A program made the translations under genes and the position numbers. Under the pieces are notes generated by a model, which searched no databases, was not told where the DNA came from, and saw only the letters and a list, made by a program, of their open reading frames with translations. From the NCBI GenBank assembly GCA_964515145.1, contig CAZEVN010000002.1, positions 18,139 through 82,138 on the forward strand: DNA of 64,000 nt, in the 5' to 3' direction. This document shows positions 1 to 9,833 of this stretch, piece by piece; within the stretch, counting starts at the first letter, position 1; each line of letters opens with the position of its first letter. Source of the stretch: an uncultured Enemella sp. (GTDB lineage: Bacteria; Actinomycetota; Actinomycetes; Propionibacteriales; Propionibacteriaceae).

Positions 1-557
1 CGTCGATCCAGATCCGTGTCATGTTGCGCCTGCGCGACGGGTTCGGCACCGACGGCGGCGAGGTGGTCCGATTGCGGGGTCTGGCCGCGAGCTATGCGGA
101 TGCCGGAGCCGATGGCATCGTGATGGGGTTCCTCAACGGGCACGGCGATATCGATGCCGAAGTCCTCGGGGCGCTGCTCGACGAGGGCGACTGGCCCTGG
201 ACGTGTGATCGGGCGGTGGACTCGGCGCTGGACACGAACCGCGCCTGGCGGACCCTCCTCGACCTTCCCCGTCTCGACCAGGTCCAGACCGCAGGGTCGG
301 CCCGGGATCTGGAGCACGGCCTCGATGACCTGCTCGCTCGATGCCGGAACGATGCCCGCGTGGCCGCGAAGGTGGTCGCCAGCGGCAAGCTGCAGACCGA
401 GCACGTTCCCTGGCTGGTACGCGCCGGGGTCCGCAGCTTCCACATCGCCTCGGCCGCCCGGCCGTTGGGTTCCTGGAAGGCCTACGTCGACCCGGATCTC
501 GTGCACAGCTGGCGTACGCTCATCGACTCCGAAATCCGGCACCATGCCCGTCCCTGA
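1..557 (+). CDS. cutC: CutC-family copper homeostasis protein, C-terminal part (5' end lies upstream of window)
   Basis: The frame is open from the window edge. VMLRLRDGF, CDRAVD, VQTAGS and VVASGKL line up with the IRPRGGDF, FHRAFD, LTSGQ and IMAGAGV landmarks of E. coli CutC as I recall them. Stop TGA at 555-557. Confidence 0.8.
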   Translation, partial: SIQIRVMLRLRDGFGTDGGEVVRLRGLAASYADAGADGIVMGFLNGHGDIDAEVLGALLDEGDWPWTCDRAVDSALDTNRAWRTLLDLPRLDQVQTAGSARDLEHGLDDLLARCRNDARVAAKVVASGKLQTEHVPWLVRAGVRSFHIASAARPLGSWKAYVDPDLVHSWRTLIDSEIRHHARP

Positions 558-632
558 GACGTCGAGACCCCTTGGCCGGCCACGAGACGTCTGCTGCAGC
601 AGCGCTCTGGACGCAGGCCGAGGTGTCTCGAA
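555..632. repeat. GAGAC/GTCTC-rich palindromic intergenic element, copy 1
   Basis: TGAGAC..CGAGACCCCTTGG..CGAGACGTCTGCTGCAGCAG..GGTGTCTCG. The motif order matches the copies at 8094-8178 and 26934-27084. The first TGAGAC contains the cutC stop codon. Confidence 0.7.
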
Positions 633-668
633 GACGGGTGGGCCGAAGGAAGCGGTTAGAGTTCCCCC

Positions 669-1223
669 GTGAGTCAGGCTGATGCGCCCAAGGTCTATGT
701 CCCCCTGCCGCCCAACGAGCGCCCCAAGGTCACGCGCGCAGCGGTGCGGGTGGTCGTTCTCGCAGACGACCGGGTGCTGCTGTTCGAGGACTCCGACCCG
801 GCCTACGCGCACATCCGCTGGTGGGTGACCCCCGGTGGCGGCATCGATCCGGGTGAAACCGAAGCCGAGGCCGCGGTCCGTGAGCTCTGGGAGGAGACCG
901 GACTGCAGATCCAGGAGCAGGACCTCATCGGCCCCGTCTCCCGTCGCGTCGCCGAGCACGGCTACTCCGACCAGATCCTCGAACAGTCGGAGGCGTTCTA
1001 TGTCGTCCGGGTCGACCACTTCGACGTCGACATCACCGGCCATACCGTCGACGAGCAGCTCACGCTCCAGTCGCACCGCTGGTGGCCTGTCGCCGAGCTC
1101 ACGGACACCGATCTCTGGATCTGGCCGCGTTATCTTCTCGATCTGATCGACCTCGCCGACCGGCCGGGGGAGTGGCCTGTCGACTATGGCCACGAGACCG
1201 ACGAATCGACCCTGGCGATCTGA
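669..1223 (+). CDS. NUDIX hydrolase
   Basis: Nudix box GGGIDPGETEAEAAVRELWEETGL. GTG start with no clear SD, so the start is uncertain. Confidence 0.85.
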   Translation: MSQADAPKVYVPLPPNERPKVTRAAVRVVVLADDRVLLFEDSDPAYAHIRWWVTPGGGIDPGETEAEAAVRELWEETGLQIQEQDLIGPVSRRVAEHGYSDQILEQSEAFYVVRVDHFDVDITGHTVDEQLTLQSHRWWPVAELTDTDLWIWPRYLLDLIDLADRPGEWPVDYGHETDESTLAI

Positions 1224-1238
1224 GGTTTCCTGGTACGC

Positions 1239-1886
1239 CTACGGCTTCGGGATCTCCACCATCACCAGGGCGTTGATGCCCTCGTCGCTGACGACGAAGA
1301 ATGACTGTTCCGCGGGCAACTCGATGGAGACCCATCCGGTCGCCGACTTCCCGGCCTTCAATTCCTGCATGGCGATGGGCATCTTTCCCGACCCGATGCC
1401 GGCGTAGTACTCATTCTTGGCCAGGTCGTAGGCGGTGAAATAGTCGGGCTTGATGAACATCGACCCCTCGGCGACGTCGTAGCGCACCTCGACGTTCAGG
1501 TATTGCCGGCCCGTGGTGGGGGGCAGATCGCCCTGATTCGACCATTCATAGCGCAGCACCATGAAGCTGCCCTTGCCATAGAGCCCCTCCACCGGCACGC
1601 GTTGGCCGACGGCGGCACGCTGGAGGGGAGCCGGCGTACCCTCCCGCGGCGTGAGCGTCGTCATCGGATCGCCGGGCCCGGCACCCCTCGAACTCGGGTC
1701 GCCCAAGGCCACCCGTATCGCAACGAAACCACCGATCATCAGGGCGAGCGCGAGCAGCCCGCCCAGGATCAGCAGGGCGATCGGATAACGCCGCCGCGGC
1801 GGGGCGGGCGGTTTCTCGGGCACGATCAGCCGGTCCGCGGGGAAGTTGCGGTCACCCGGCAACACTTCGGGTTCGTCGCTCGGCAC
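1239..1886 (-). CDS. Hypothetical membrane-anchored protein (Pro-rich N-terminus, one TM helix, beta-rich ectodomain, possibly DUF4352-like)
   Basis: 215-aa ORF. TM segment IALLILGGLLALALMIGGFVAI. Co-directional with and 9 nt downstream of the XPB gene. The domain name is tentative. Confidence 0.7.
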   Translation of the reverse strand: MPSDEPEVLPGDRNFPADRLIVPEKPPAPPRRRYPIALLILGGLLALALMIGGFVAIRVALGDPSSRGAGPGDPMTTLTPREGTPAPLQRAAVGQRVPVEGLYGKGSFMVLRYEWSNQGDLPPTTGRQYLNVEVRYDVAEGSMFIKPDYFTAYDLAKNEYYAGIGSGKMPIAMQELKAGKSATGWVSIELPAEQSFFVVSDEGINALVMVEIPKP

Positions 1887-1895
1887 CAGTCGATC

Positions 1896-3563
1896 CTAGC
1901 CCGGAAGTCGGTCCTCGCCGTTCAGCTCGTCCGCGTCGGCGATGCGGTAGGCGTACCCCTGCTCCGCCAGGAAACGCTGTCGGTGCTGGGCAAAATCGGC
2001 ATCGACGGTGTCCCGGGCGACCACCGCATAGAACCGCGCGACCAGCCCATCCTTCGGACGCAGCAGCCGACCGAGGCGCTGGGCCTCCTCCTGGCGCGAC
2101 CCGAAAGCGCCGGAGACCTGGATCGCCACCTGGGCCGTCGGCAGGTCCACCGAGAAGTTCGCGACCTTCGACACGACGAGCAGGTCGATCTTCCCAGAGC
2201 GGAAGTCGGCATACAACTCCTCCCGCCGCTTGGTCGACGTCCCGCCCTTGATCACCGGAGCGCCGAGGGCCTCTGCGATCTCGTCGAGCTGATCGACATA
2301 TTGTCCGATGACCAGCCGCGGCACGCCTTCGTGCCGGCGCACCAGGTCGAGCACCACGGACGTCTTCGACTCCGCCGTCGCCGCCAGCCGATAGCGCACA
2401 TCGGGATCGGCGAGGGCGTACGCCATCCGCTCCTCCGGCGTCAGCGTCACCCGCACCTCGACGCAGTCCGCGGGTGCGATCCAGCCCTGGTTCTCGATGT
2501 CCTTCCACGGCGCATCGAACCGCTTGGGCCCGATCAGCGAGAAGACATCTCCCTCGCGGCCGTCCTCGCGCACCAGCGTCGCGGTCAACCCCAGCCGCCG
2601 CCGCGCCTGCAGGCCGGCGGTCATCCGGAAGACAGGCGCGGGCAGCAGGTGCACCTCGTCATAGATCACCAGCCCCCAGTCGCGGGCGTCGAACAGCTCA
2701 AGGTGGGGATGGATCCCGTTCCGCTTGGTCGTGACGACCTGATACGTGGCGATCGTGACCGGACGGATCTCCTTGCGGGCCCCGGAATATTCGCCGATTT
2801 CGTCGGCGCTCAAAGCCGTCCGCCGCAGCAGTTCGTCGCGCCACTGACGGGCGGACACCGTGTTCGTGACGAGGATCAGGGTCGTCGACTGCGCCCGGGC
2901 CATCGCGGCCGCGCCGACCACGGTCTTCCCGGCCCCGCACGGCAGCACGACCACCCCGGAACCCCCGTGCCAGAACGCATCGGCGGCCTGTTCCTGATAG
3001 GGCCGGAGTTCCCAGGCGGGCCGATCGTCGCGAGCGTCGAGATCCAGGGAGATGGCGTGCGCCTCACCGTCGACATAGCCCGCGAGATCCTCCGCGGGCC
3101 AGCCCAACCTCAGCAGCACCTGCTTGAGATTTCCCCGCTCCGATGGATGCACGACCACGGTTTCGTCGTCGATCCGTGCGCCGACCAGCCCCTTCACCTT
3201 GGCCGAACGCAGGACTTCGGTCAGCACCGGCTTGTCCGTCGACGTCAGCACGAGCTCCTGCGTCGGATGCTTCTCGATGCGCAGCCGGCCATAGCGGGCC
3301 ATCGTGTCGGCCACATCGACCAACAACGAAGACGGGACCGGATAACGCGAATAGGTGATCAACACATCGACGACCTGCTCGGCATCGTGCCCGGCCGCGC
3401 GCGCATTCCAGAGCCCCAGGGGCGTCAGCCGATAGGTATGAATATGCTCCGGCGCCCGCTCCAACTCCGCGAAAGGCGCAATGGCGATGCGGCACGCCTC
3501 CGCGTCGGGATGGTTCACCTCGAGCAGGAGGGTGCGGTCGGATTGGACAACGAGCGGACCCAT
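1896..3563 (-). CDS. xpb: XPB/ERCC3-type SF2 DNA repair helicase
   Basis: Walker A LPCGAGKTVVG and DEVH box IYDEVHLLPA, plus an N-terminal region typical of bacterial XPB (RLTPLGLWNARAAGH). 555 aa, about the size of mycobacterial XPB. Confidence 0.9.
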   Translation of the reverse strand: MGPLVVQSDRTLLLEVNHPDAEACRIAIAPFAELERAPEHIHTYRLTPLGLWNARAAGHDAEQVVDVLITYSRYPVPSSLLVDVADTMARYGRLRIEKHPTQELVLTSTDKPVLTEVLRSAKVKGLVGARIDDETVVVHPSERGNLKQVLLRLGWPAEDLAGYVDGEAHAISLDLDARDDRPAWELRPYQEQAADAFWHGGSGVVVLPCGAGKTVVGAAAMARAQSTTLILVTNTVSARQWRDELLRRTALSADEIGEYSGARKEIRPVTIATYQVVTTKRNGIHPHLELFDARDWGLVIYDEVHLLPAPVFRMTAGLQARRRLGLTATLVREDGREGDVFSLIGPKRFDAPWKDIENQGWIAPADCVEVRVTLTPEERMAYALADPDVRYRLAATAESKTSVVLDLVRRHEGVPRLVIGQYVDQLDEIAEALGAPVIKGGTSTKRREELYADFRSGKIDLLVVSKVANFSVDLPTAQVAIQVSGAFGSRQEEAQRLGRLLRPKDGLVARFYAVVARDTVDADFAQHRQRFLAEQGYAYRIADADELNGEDRLPG

Positions 3564-3574
3564 GGCGCTCGAGT

Positions 3575-5701
3575 CTAGGTCGCCCTGAGGCGTACGGCCG
3601 TCACGCGCGCGAGCGGCAGGACCAGCGTGGTCGCGTCGCCGGTGAGGCGGACGGTCCCGGCGGCGAGTTCGATGGGTACGCCCACCCCGCGGCTCGCGAC
3701 CCCATCCGCCGCCACATAGTCGATCTCGACCGGCCGGGCGTCCGCCTGCGCGCGGCCCAGCATGGTGAGGGCATCCTCAGTGGCCCGCGCCGACTGATGG
3801 GCCTCGGCGCGCGTCCGCAGCACTACGGCGATCCCGGCCGCGTCGATGGCCCGGGTCCGCGTCCGGCCCGGGGCGGGCGGTCGTCGCGGAGCAGGAGTGG
3901 CCAACAGGTCACCGGCCGCATTCTCGGCCGCCGGGGTCAGCCCGAGGTTTCTGAGCAGCGCGACGATTTCGGCAGGTTCAGCGTCGGCGACCAGGGTCTC
4001 GGGACCCGCCCGGCGTACGCCCAGCTCCTTCGCCGCCGGATGCGCCAGCACCGTCTCCAGTCGCGCCGGATCGTCGATCCGCACATAGGAACGCGCCGCG
4101 CCGACCCGGACGGTCCCGTGCAGGCGGGCGATATCGGCGACGAGAAAGCGCAAGGGTTGGGGGATACCCGTGCTCGAGTGCGCCGCCAGCCACTCCTCGA
4201 TCGCTTCCGCGCTCCAGCCCGCCTCGAACGCCCGCGCCATGGAACCCGCATGGAATCGATACACCCCGCCCCCGCCGCGGGATTCGACATCGGCGAGCAG
4301 GGCCAGGGCGGCGGCCGTCGACCGGTCCAGCGGCCCGGTCGCCACCGCCGTGAGATCGGCCTGCAGGATGAGGTGGTCGATGAAGGTGGGGAAACGCTCG
4401 GCGACCTCGGCTCTCAGTTCTCCGCCGAGGGCGAGGACCAGTGATGATCCCTGGCCGAACGCGGTCAGGCCCAGCCATTCGGCCTCGGTCAGCACGGCCT
4501 CGACCAGATCCTCGGGTCTGCCCGCCCGCGTGATCGCCGGACGCTGCCACGCGGCGAGCTCTGCCAGCCTTCTGGCATCGACCGCGGCCCCGGGGGTCAC
4601 CGGAGCCAGCACGGCCGCCCGCACCATGGCGGACCAGCCCGGTTCGGCGTCCGGGCCCAGGGGCCGACCCGATTCCGAGCGGGCCATCGCAGCCCAGCGC
4701 GGGCCGGCGTACCAGTCCCGCGCCACGCGCACCCACCGCTCGCTCGGGGTGAGCGTGAGCCAGCGCTCGAAGGCGTCGGTCGGCACGATCGCCGGTCCGG
4801 TCGCGACGATCAGGCCCGCCGCGCGCGCCACCTCCAGGGCGAACCCCACGCGCTCGGTCGATGCCCCGATTGCGCGGGCGAGCGTGCTCAGGTCGCGGGC
4901 GGCGAGGCCGCCGGCGCGGAGGGGAGGAGGCGTACGCCGGGTGAGCTCGTCGAGGAGGCCCTCGAGCTGGTGCACGAACTCATAGGCCGAACCGATCGCC
5001 GCCGAATCGATGATCCGAGCCGCGCGTGGGCCTGTCGGAAGAGGGGATGGCTCGTCGAGCGGACCGGCTGCGAATCCACCCCGCAGGTGCAGCGCCACCT
5101 CGCGCGGCAACTCGACCGTGTTGACGTCGCGGGCGCGAAGGAGGCTGCGGACGAGCAGGTGGTCGATCGGTGTCACCGGGTCGGTGACAACCCGATCGGC
5201 GTGGCGCACCGCTCCGGTGGGCGGACCCCACATGAGCTTGATCACCACGGCCAGCGCTGCTTCCGGCAGGCCCGAGATGGCTTCGTCGATGGCGTGGGGA
5301 TCGAGAGGGTACGCCGATGGCTCGGCCAGCCCACCCGGATGGGGCCCGAAGGTGTGGGTCAGACCATCGACCGCGCGGATCGAGCCGGGTTGGGGCACCC
5401 AGCTGAGGGCAAGATCTGTCAGTCGGTCCAGCGAGTCCCGGGCGTCGAAGCCGACCAGCTCTGCGACCTGCTCCGGGGTGGGGTCGGGCAGGGCGGCCAG
5501 GGCTTCGGCGACGGTGAGATCGCGACGGTTCAGGGAATCGAGCGCCCGGCGCACCGAGGAGGGTGCCGCTGCCCGTGTCGCCAGTTCGGTGAGGTCGCTC
5601 GGTGGGGGAGCCGCCAGATCAGGGCGTGCGGTGAGGAGGGCGGTGAGTCGTTCGGCCGAAAATTCCCGCAACGCGTCGGCGAGCTCCCGCATCAGTCCCA
5701 A
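3575..5701 (-). CDS. XPB-associated helicase-partner protein (mycobacterial Rv0862c-like)
   Basis: 708-aa ORF immediately upstream of XPB on the same strand (11-nt gap). This is the arrangement I recall for the conserved actinobacterial XPB partner. No catalytic motif was assigned. Confidence 0.75.
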   Translation of the reverse strand: MGLMRELADALREFSAERLTALLTARPDLAAPPPSDLTELATRAAAPSSVRRALDSLNRRDLTVAEALAALPDPTPEQVAELVGFDARDSLDRLTDLALSWVPQPGSIRAVDGLTHTFGPHPGGLAEPSAYPLDPHAIDEAISGLPEAALAVVIKLMWGPPTGAVRHADRVVTDPVTPIDHLLVRSLLRARDVNTVELPREVALHLRGGFAAGPLDEPSPLPTGPRAARIIDSAAIGSAYEFVHQLEGLLDELTRRTPPPLRAGGLAARDLSTLARAIGASTERVGFALEVARAAGLIVATGPAIVPTDAFERWLTLTPSERWVRVARDWYAGPRWAAMARSESGRPLGPDAEPGWSAMVRAAVLAPVTPGAAVDARRLAELAAWQRPAITRAGRPEDLVEAVLTEAEWLGLTAFGQGSSLVLALGGELRAEVAERFPTFIDHLILQADLTAVATGPLDRSTAAALALLADVESRGGGGVYRFHAGSMARAFEAGWSAEAIEEWLAAHSSTGIPQPLRFLVADIARLHGTVRVGAARSYVRIDDPARLETVLAHPAAKELGVRRAGPETLVADAEPAEIVALLRNLGLTPAAENAAGDLLATPAPRRPPAPGRTRTRAIDAAGIAVVLRTRAEAHQSARATEDALTMLGRAQADARPVEIDYVAADGVASRGVGVPIELAAGTVRLTGDATTLVLPLARVTAVRLRAT

Positions 5702-6576
5702 CCGGAGGCGCGGCGCGGAAAATCAGGCCGGTCGCCCGCCGCGAGCGCCTGCCACACGATCAGGAACACCGCGATGAGGACCATCCAGCAGATCGCCGTG
5801 CTCACCGCATAGACCAGGTCGGCGAAGGCCAGCACATCGACCGGGCTCATCAGCAACCCCGCCAGGATGGTGGTCACCAGGGCCCCGGTGGCTACCAGGA
5901 ACGTATTGCGGACCCAGTGCCGGTGATAGCCGACCCGTCCCGAGGACACGAAAGCCAGGATGAACATCAGCGGGGAAAGAAAGCCGAAGAAGGGCACCGC
6001 GATCGCCAAGCCGCCGATCAGGAGCGTCATGAACACCGGCAGGGTGACGGCGTTGAAGACGGTGCCGAACGCGACGCCGGGCTCAGGGGCCGGGCCCGGC
6101 CCCTGTCCCGCGGGGCCCTGAGGCAGCCATTCCGGGTGGGTTGCGCTGGTCGAGCCGGGAGCCATCCCGGGGACCTCGCCTGGCTGCGGAACTGGCGTAC
6201 CCGCCAAGAGAATCGGCAACCGCGGATCTGCCTGTGGCGGGCCGACCGGCTGACCGGTCGGGGGTCCCCACTGGGCCGGGTCGTCGCCCTGCACGTGATA
6301 GTGGTGCACCATGCTCCACGCCGAGTCGATCTCGGTCATGGTGTTGCGCACGACGTCATAGGGCTCCTGCGGATCCCGCTCGGGCCCGGGCGGGGGGCCA
6401 TAGGTGGCGAGCTCACGCAGTTCCTCGGCGCTCTCGAACCGTGGCCGCTCCGCGGGAGCCCGGCCCGAGGGGGCCGCCCGGGGTGGCGCTATGGACAATG
6501 CGGGGGCCTCGGGGGAGACAAAAGTCCCCGGTCGCGCGACCGGTGCATATTCGGGGCCGTCCTCCCACGTAGCCAT
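5692..6576 (-). CDS. Hypothetical polytopic membrane protein with Pro-rich N-terminal half
   Basis: 294-aa ORF with C-terminal hydrophobic helices (VTLPVFMTLLIGGLAIAVPFFGFL, ALVTTILAGLLM, ICWMVLIAVFLIVW). It overlaps the next gene by 10 nt. Confidence 0.7.
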   Translation of the reverse strand: MATWEDGPEYAPVARPGTFVSPEAPALSIAPPRAAPSGRAPAERPRFESAEELRELATYGPPPGPERDPQEPYDVVRNTMTEIDSAWSMVHHYHVQGDDPAQWGPPTGQPVGPPQADPRLPILLAGTPVPQPGEVPGMAPGSTSATHPEWLPQGPAGQGPGPAPEPGVAFGTVFNAVTLPVFMTLLIGGLAIAVPFFGFLSPLMFILAFVSSGRVGYHRHWVRNTFLVATGALVTTILAGLLMSPVDVLAFADLVYAVSTAICWMVLIAVFLIVWQALAAGDRPDFPRRASGWD

Positions 6577-6691
6577 GGAGCAATCCTAGACGCGACCCGT
6601 GGGTTGCCCCGCTAAGATGGGCGCGGGCCCCGGGGCATTGGTCGCGGGGTTTCTTGTTCGCTGGAAACTCTGAGAAAAGAGTGAGGTCGTC

Positions 6692-7075
6692 GTGCCTGTT
6701 GGCAAGGTCCGCTTCTATGACGCGGAAAAAGGTTTCGGTTTCCTGGTCAAGGAGGGCGGGGGCGATGTCTATGTGCGCGCCAACGCGCTGCCGGCCGGCG
6801 TGACCACGCTGAAGCCGGGCCAGAAGGTCGAGTTCGGGGTGATCGACGGCCGCAAGGGTGAGCAGGCGCTGTCGGTGACCATCCTCGACACACCGCCCTC
6901 GCTGTCGAAGGCGGCTCGCAAGAAGCCCGAACAGCTCGCTGTCCTCACCGAGGACCTCATCAAGCTGCTCGACGGGATCGGTGCCGGCTATCGCCGCGGC
7001 CGTCATCCCGATCCGAAGCATGCCCACAAGATCGCCGAACTGTTGCGCGCAGTGGCAGACGAACTGGACCTGTGA
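6692..7075 (+). CDS. Cold-shock domain protein with C-terminal extension
   Basis: N-terminal CSD with RNP1-like KGFGFL and DVYVRANAL. GTG start preceded by GAGTGAGG. Confidence 0.9.
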   Translation: MPVGKVRFYDAEKGFGFLVKEGGGDVYVRANALPAGVTTLKPGQKVEFGVIDGRKGEQALSVTILDTPPSLSKAARKKPEQLAVLTEDLIKLLDGIGAGYRRGRHPDPKHAHKIAELLRAVADELDL

Positions 7076-7091
7076 CGGGTGGATCCGCAGA

Positions 7092-7895
7092 ATGACTGAA
7101 ATGACCGAGCAGAAGATTCGTCGGCCGCGCCCGCCCAAGCTCGACCCGGCCTGCGCCGAAGCCGTAGACCTCGCGCGCGAGGCCGCCCTCGACGCTGCCT
7201 CGGTCACCCAGACCGTCGGCGATCACCTCGGCGTGATCGCCGAGGGGGATCGGGTGGTCACGCACTATTTCGCGTCCACCCACCCCGGCTATCGCGGGTG
7301 GCGCTGGGCCGTCACCGTCGTCCGGGCCTCCCGGGCCAAAAAGGTCACGGTCGACGAAGTCGTGCTCATCCCCGGCGACGATTCGCTCCTTGCGCCCGAC
7401 TGGGTGCCGTGGGCCGACCGCATCGAACCCGGCGATGTCGCCCCCGGCATCCTCATGCCCACCGCCGATGATGACCCGCGGCTGGAGCCGGGCTATACGG
7501 CGGGGGAGTACGCCGCAGACCTCGAGCCCGCCGAAGCCTCCGCCATGCGCGCCGTCGTCGCCGAGTTGGGCCTCGGCCGCGAACGCGTGCTGTCCGCCTT
7601 CGGCCGCGACGAAGCCGCCGAGCGCTGGCTCGACTCCGACGGCGGCCCCGACAACGACATGACCCGCCAGGCCCCCGGGCAGTGCTCGACCTGTGGTTAT
7701 TTCCTGCGTCTCACCGGCAGCATGGGCGTTCTCTTCGGGGCGTGTGCCAATCAATATTCGCCCTCCGACGCCCACGTCGTCTCCATTGATCACGGCTGTG
7801 GCGGACACTCCGATGTCGTCGCTCCCGAGCGCACGGCCGAACTGCCTACGCCCATCTGGGACACCATCAACGTGGAAGAAAGCCTGTTCGACTGA
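7092..7895 (+). CDS. DUF3027-like Cys-rich protein (conserved partner of actinobacterial cold-shock genes)
   Basis: The start was chosen at MTEMTEQ, codon 38 of ORF 6981..7895. C-terminal CSTCGYF...GACANQYSPSDAHVVSIDHGCGGHS motif. The family name is from memory. Confidence 0.8.
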   Translation: MTEMTEQKIRRPRPPKLDPACAEAVDLAREAALDAASVTQTVGDHLGVIAEGDRVVTHYFASTHPGYRGWRWAVTVVRASRAKKVTVDEVVLIPGDDSLLAPDWVPWADRIEPGDVAPGILMPTADDDPRLEPGYTAGEYAADLEPAEASAMRAVVAELGLGRERVLSAFGRDEAAERWLDSDGGPDNDMTRQAPGQCSTCGYFLRLTGSMGVLFGACANQYSPSDAHVVSIDHGCGGHSDVVAPERTAELPTPIWDTINVEESLFD

Positions 7896-8093
7896 GTTGA
7901 ATTGCGCGGCTTCGCCGAGCGAACGGTCGCTCTGTGCTCCCTCGCTTCGACTCCACTGCGGTCGGCTGGCGCCGCGCTGCGTTTCATCTGGGTTGGTGGC
8001 GCTATGTAATTGCGTCCCGTGCGGAAGCAGGAGTCACCTCCTGAGTGTCGCCTCCCGACGGGGCGGTCCCGGCGGGGGTTCTGGGCCGACACT

Positions 8094-8178
8094 CGAGACG
8101 CTCCCAGCGCGAGACCCCTTGGAGTGTCGCGAGACCCCTGCTGGAGCAGACGTCTCGATGAACTTGGAGGTGTCTCGC
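8094..8178. repeat. GAGAC/GTCTC-rich palindromic intergenic element, copy 2
   Basis: CGAGAC..CGAGACCCCTTGG..CGAGACCCCTGCTGGAGCAGACGTCTCG..GGTGTCTCG. Five GAGAC/GTCTC pentamers in about 85 nt. Confidence 0.7.
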
Positions 8179-8253
8179 CGGCAAAGCGGGCGACAGCGGT
8201 CCGGGGATCGGCCCGCGCGGGAGGGCGTCGCTCAGGGCCAATAAGTTTCCGCC

Positions 8254-9756
8254 ATGGCACTTGACACCCCTGCGCGCCCGGTGGGCGGCAGCGCCGTGGA
8301 CCGGTGGTTCCACATCTCTGCTCGTGGCTCGAACGTCTCCCGCGAAGTGCGCGGCGGGCTGGTCACGTTCTTCACGATGGCGTACATCATTGCGCTCAAC
8401 CCTCTGATCATCGGCACGGTCCCCGACAAGACGGGTCATCTCATCTCCGGCCTGCCGGCCACGCCCGAGAACGTCGGCCCCACGATCGCGATGGTCGCAG
8501 CGGCGACCGCGCTGATCGCAGGCATCATGACGATCCTCATGGGCGTCCTCGGCCGATTTCCGCTCGGTCTCGCCGCGGGCCTCGGGCTGAATGCTCTGCT
8601 CGCCTATGTCATCGCGCCGATGATGACCTGGCCCCAGGCGATGGGCTTGGTGGTCTGGGAAGGCGTACTCATCACCATCCTCGTCCTCACCGGCTTCCGC
8701 ACAGCGGTCTTCCGGGCCGTGCCCCGTTCCCTGCGCGCCGGCATCGCCGTGGGCATCGGCCTGTTCATCGCGTTCGTGGGCCTGCTCGATGCCGGCATCG
8801 TCCGCAAGCCGGCCGGCGGTCCGCCGGTGGAGTTCGGCATCAGCGGTTCGCTGCTCGGCTGGCCGATGGCCATCTTCGTGATCGGCCTGGCGATCGCCGC
8901 GATTCTGTACGCCCGCCGCGTGCCGGGGGCACTGCTCATAGCGATCGGCGGCTCGACCCTTTTGGCGATCATCGTCGAGGCGGTGCTCAAGCTCGGGTCG
9001 ATGACCGATGCGACCGGCGCGGTCGTCAACCCCACGGGCTGGAAGCTCAACGTCCCCGAGATCGACAACATCATTGCGCTGCCCGATCTCTCGCTGCTCG
9101 GGCGGGTCGACCCGATCGGAGGCTTCACGGCCAACGGTGCGGGCTTCGGTGCGATCCTGATGATCGTCCTGCTCATCTTCTCTCTGCTGCTCGCCGACTT
9201 CTTCGACACGATGGGGACGGTTGTGGCCGTGGGCGCGGAGGGCAAGTTGCTGGACGACAACGGCAACCCGCAACACCTCACCCCGATCCTGCTCGTCGAC
9301 TCGGCCGCGGCGATCGCCGGTGGTCTGGGTTCGACGTCGTCCAACACGTCCTTCGTCGAGTCCGCTGCCGGTGTCGGCGAGGGTGCCCGGACCGGTCTCG
9401 CCTCGGTGGTGACAGGCCTCGCATTCCTGGCGGCCGTCTTCCTCGCGCCCCTCGTCAACGTCGTGCCCTCCGAGGCCGCGACACCGGTCCTGGTTTTCGT
9501 CGGGTTCCTGATGATGAGCCAGGTCACGGCCGTCGACTGGGATGAGATCGAGGATGGGCTGCCCGCCTTCCTGACCATCGCTCTCATGCCGTTCGCGTTC
9601 TCCATCACCGTCGGGATCGGCGCAGGCTTCATCACCTATGTCGTGCTGAAGATCGCCCGCGGCAAGGCGGCGAAGGTCCATCCGCTCATGTATGTCGTGG
9701 CCGCTCTCTTCGTCATCTATTTCGTCCAGGGTCTGATCGGTCAACTGGTCGGGTGA
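8254..9756 (+). CDS. NCS2/AzgA-family purine (adenine/guanine/hypoxanthine) permease
   Basis: 500 aa and polytopic. The N-terminal FHISARGSNVSREVRGGLVTFFTMAYIIALNP signature is typical of PbuG/AzgA-type permeases. Confidence 0.9.
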   Translation: MALDTPARPVGGSAVDRWFHISARGSNVSREVRGGLVTFFTMAYIIALNPLIIGTVPDKTGHLISGLPATPENVGPTIAMVAAATALIAGIMTILMGVLGRFPLGLAAGLGLNALLAYVIAPMMTWPQAMGLVVWEGVLITILVLTGFRTAVFRAVPRSLRAGIAVGIGLFIAFVGLLDAGIVRKPAGGPPVEFGISGSLLGWPMAIFVIGLAIAAILYARRVPGALLIAIGGSTLLAIIVEAVLKLGSMTDATGAVVNPTGWKLNVPEIDNIIALPDLSLLGRVDPIGGFTANGAGFGAILMIVLLIFSLLLADFFDTMGTVVAVGAEGKLLDDNGNPQHLTPILLVDSAAAIAGGLGSTSSNTSFVESAAGVGEGARTGLASVVTGLAFLAAVFLAPLVNVVPSEAATPVLVFVGFLMMSQVTAVDWDEIEDGLPAFLTIALMPFAFSITVGIGAGFITYVVLKIARGKAAKVHPLMYVVAALFVIYFVQGLIGQLVG

Positions 9757-9821
9757 TCGGTTGATCGGCCGATCCCGAGATTCATCAAGACCTGCTCTGG
9801 TCGGCGCCAGCCATCGCGATT

Positions 9822-9827
9822 TATAAT
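9822..9827 (+). promoter_or_regulatory. Candidate -10 hexamer (TATAAT) for a leaderless transcript starting at ATG 9834
   Basis: Perfect TATAAT in a GC-rich context, ending 6 nt before the ATG. No SD is possible in that space. Confidence 0.45.
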
Positions 9828-9833
9828 CACGGT

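Noticed and set aside
1503-3578. 691-aa plus-strand ORF antisense to the XPB helicase
   Set aside because: Low-complexity Arg/Gly/Pro/His-rich translation. The helicase motifs are on the other strand.
7896-8253. Possible purine riboswitch upstream of the NCS2 purine permease (AAGTTTCCGCC resembles the AAGUUUCUACC segment)
   Set aside because: The match abuts the start codon. The other conserved purine-riboswitch segments (UAUAAU..GGAUAUGG, CCGUAAA..GACUA) are absent. The region is instead occupied by a GAGAC repeat copy.
8002-9744. 580-aa ORF on the minus strand, antisense to the purine permease
   Set aside because: It is extremely Arg/Asp/His/Gly-rich with no hydrophobic core or motifs. 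This is the typical shadow ORF of a GC-rich gene, and the plus-strand permease is unambiguous.
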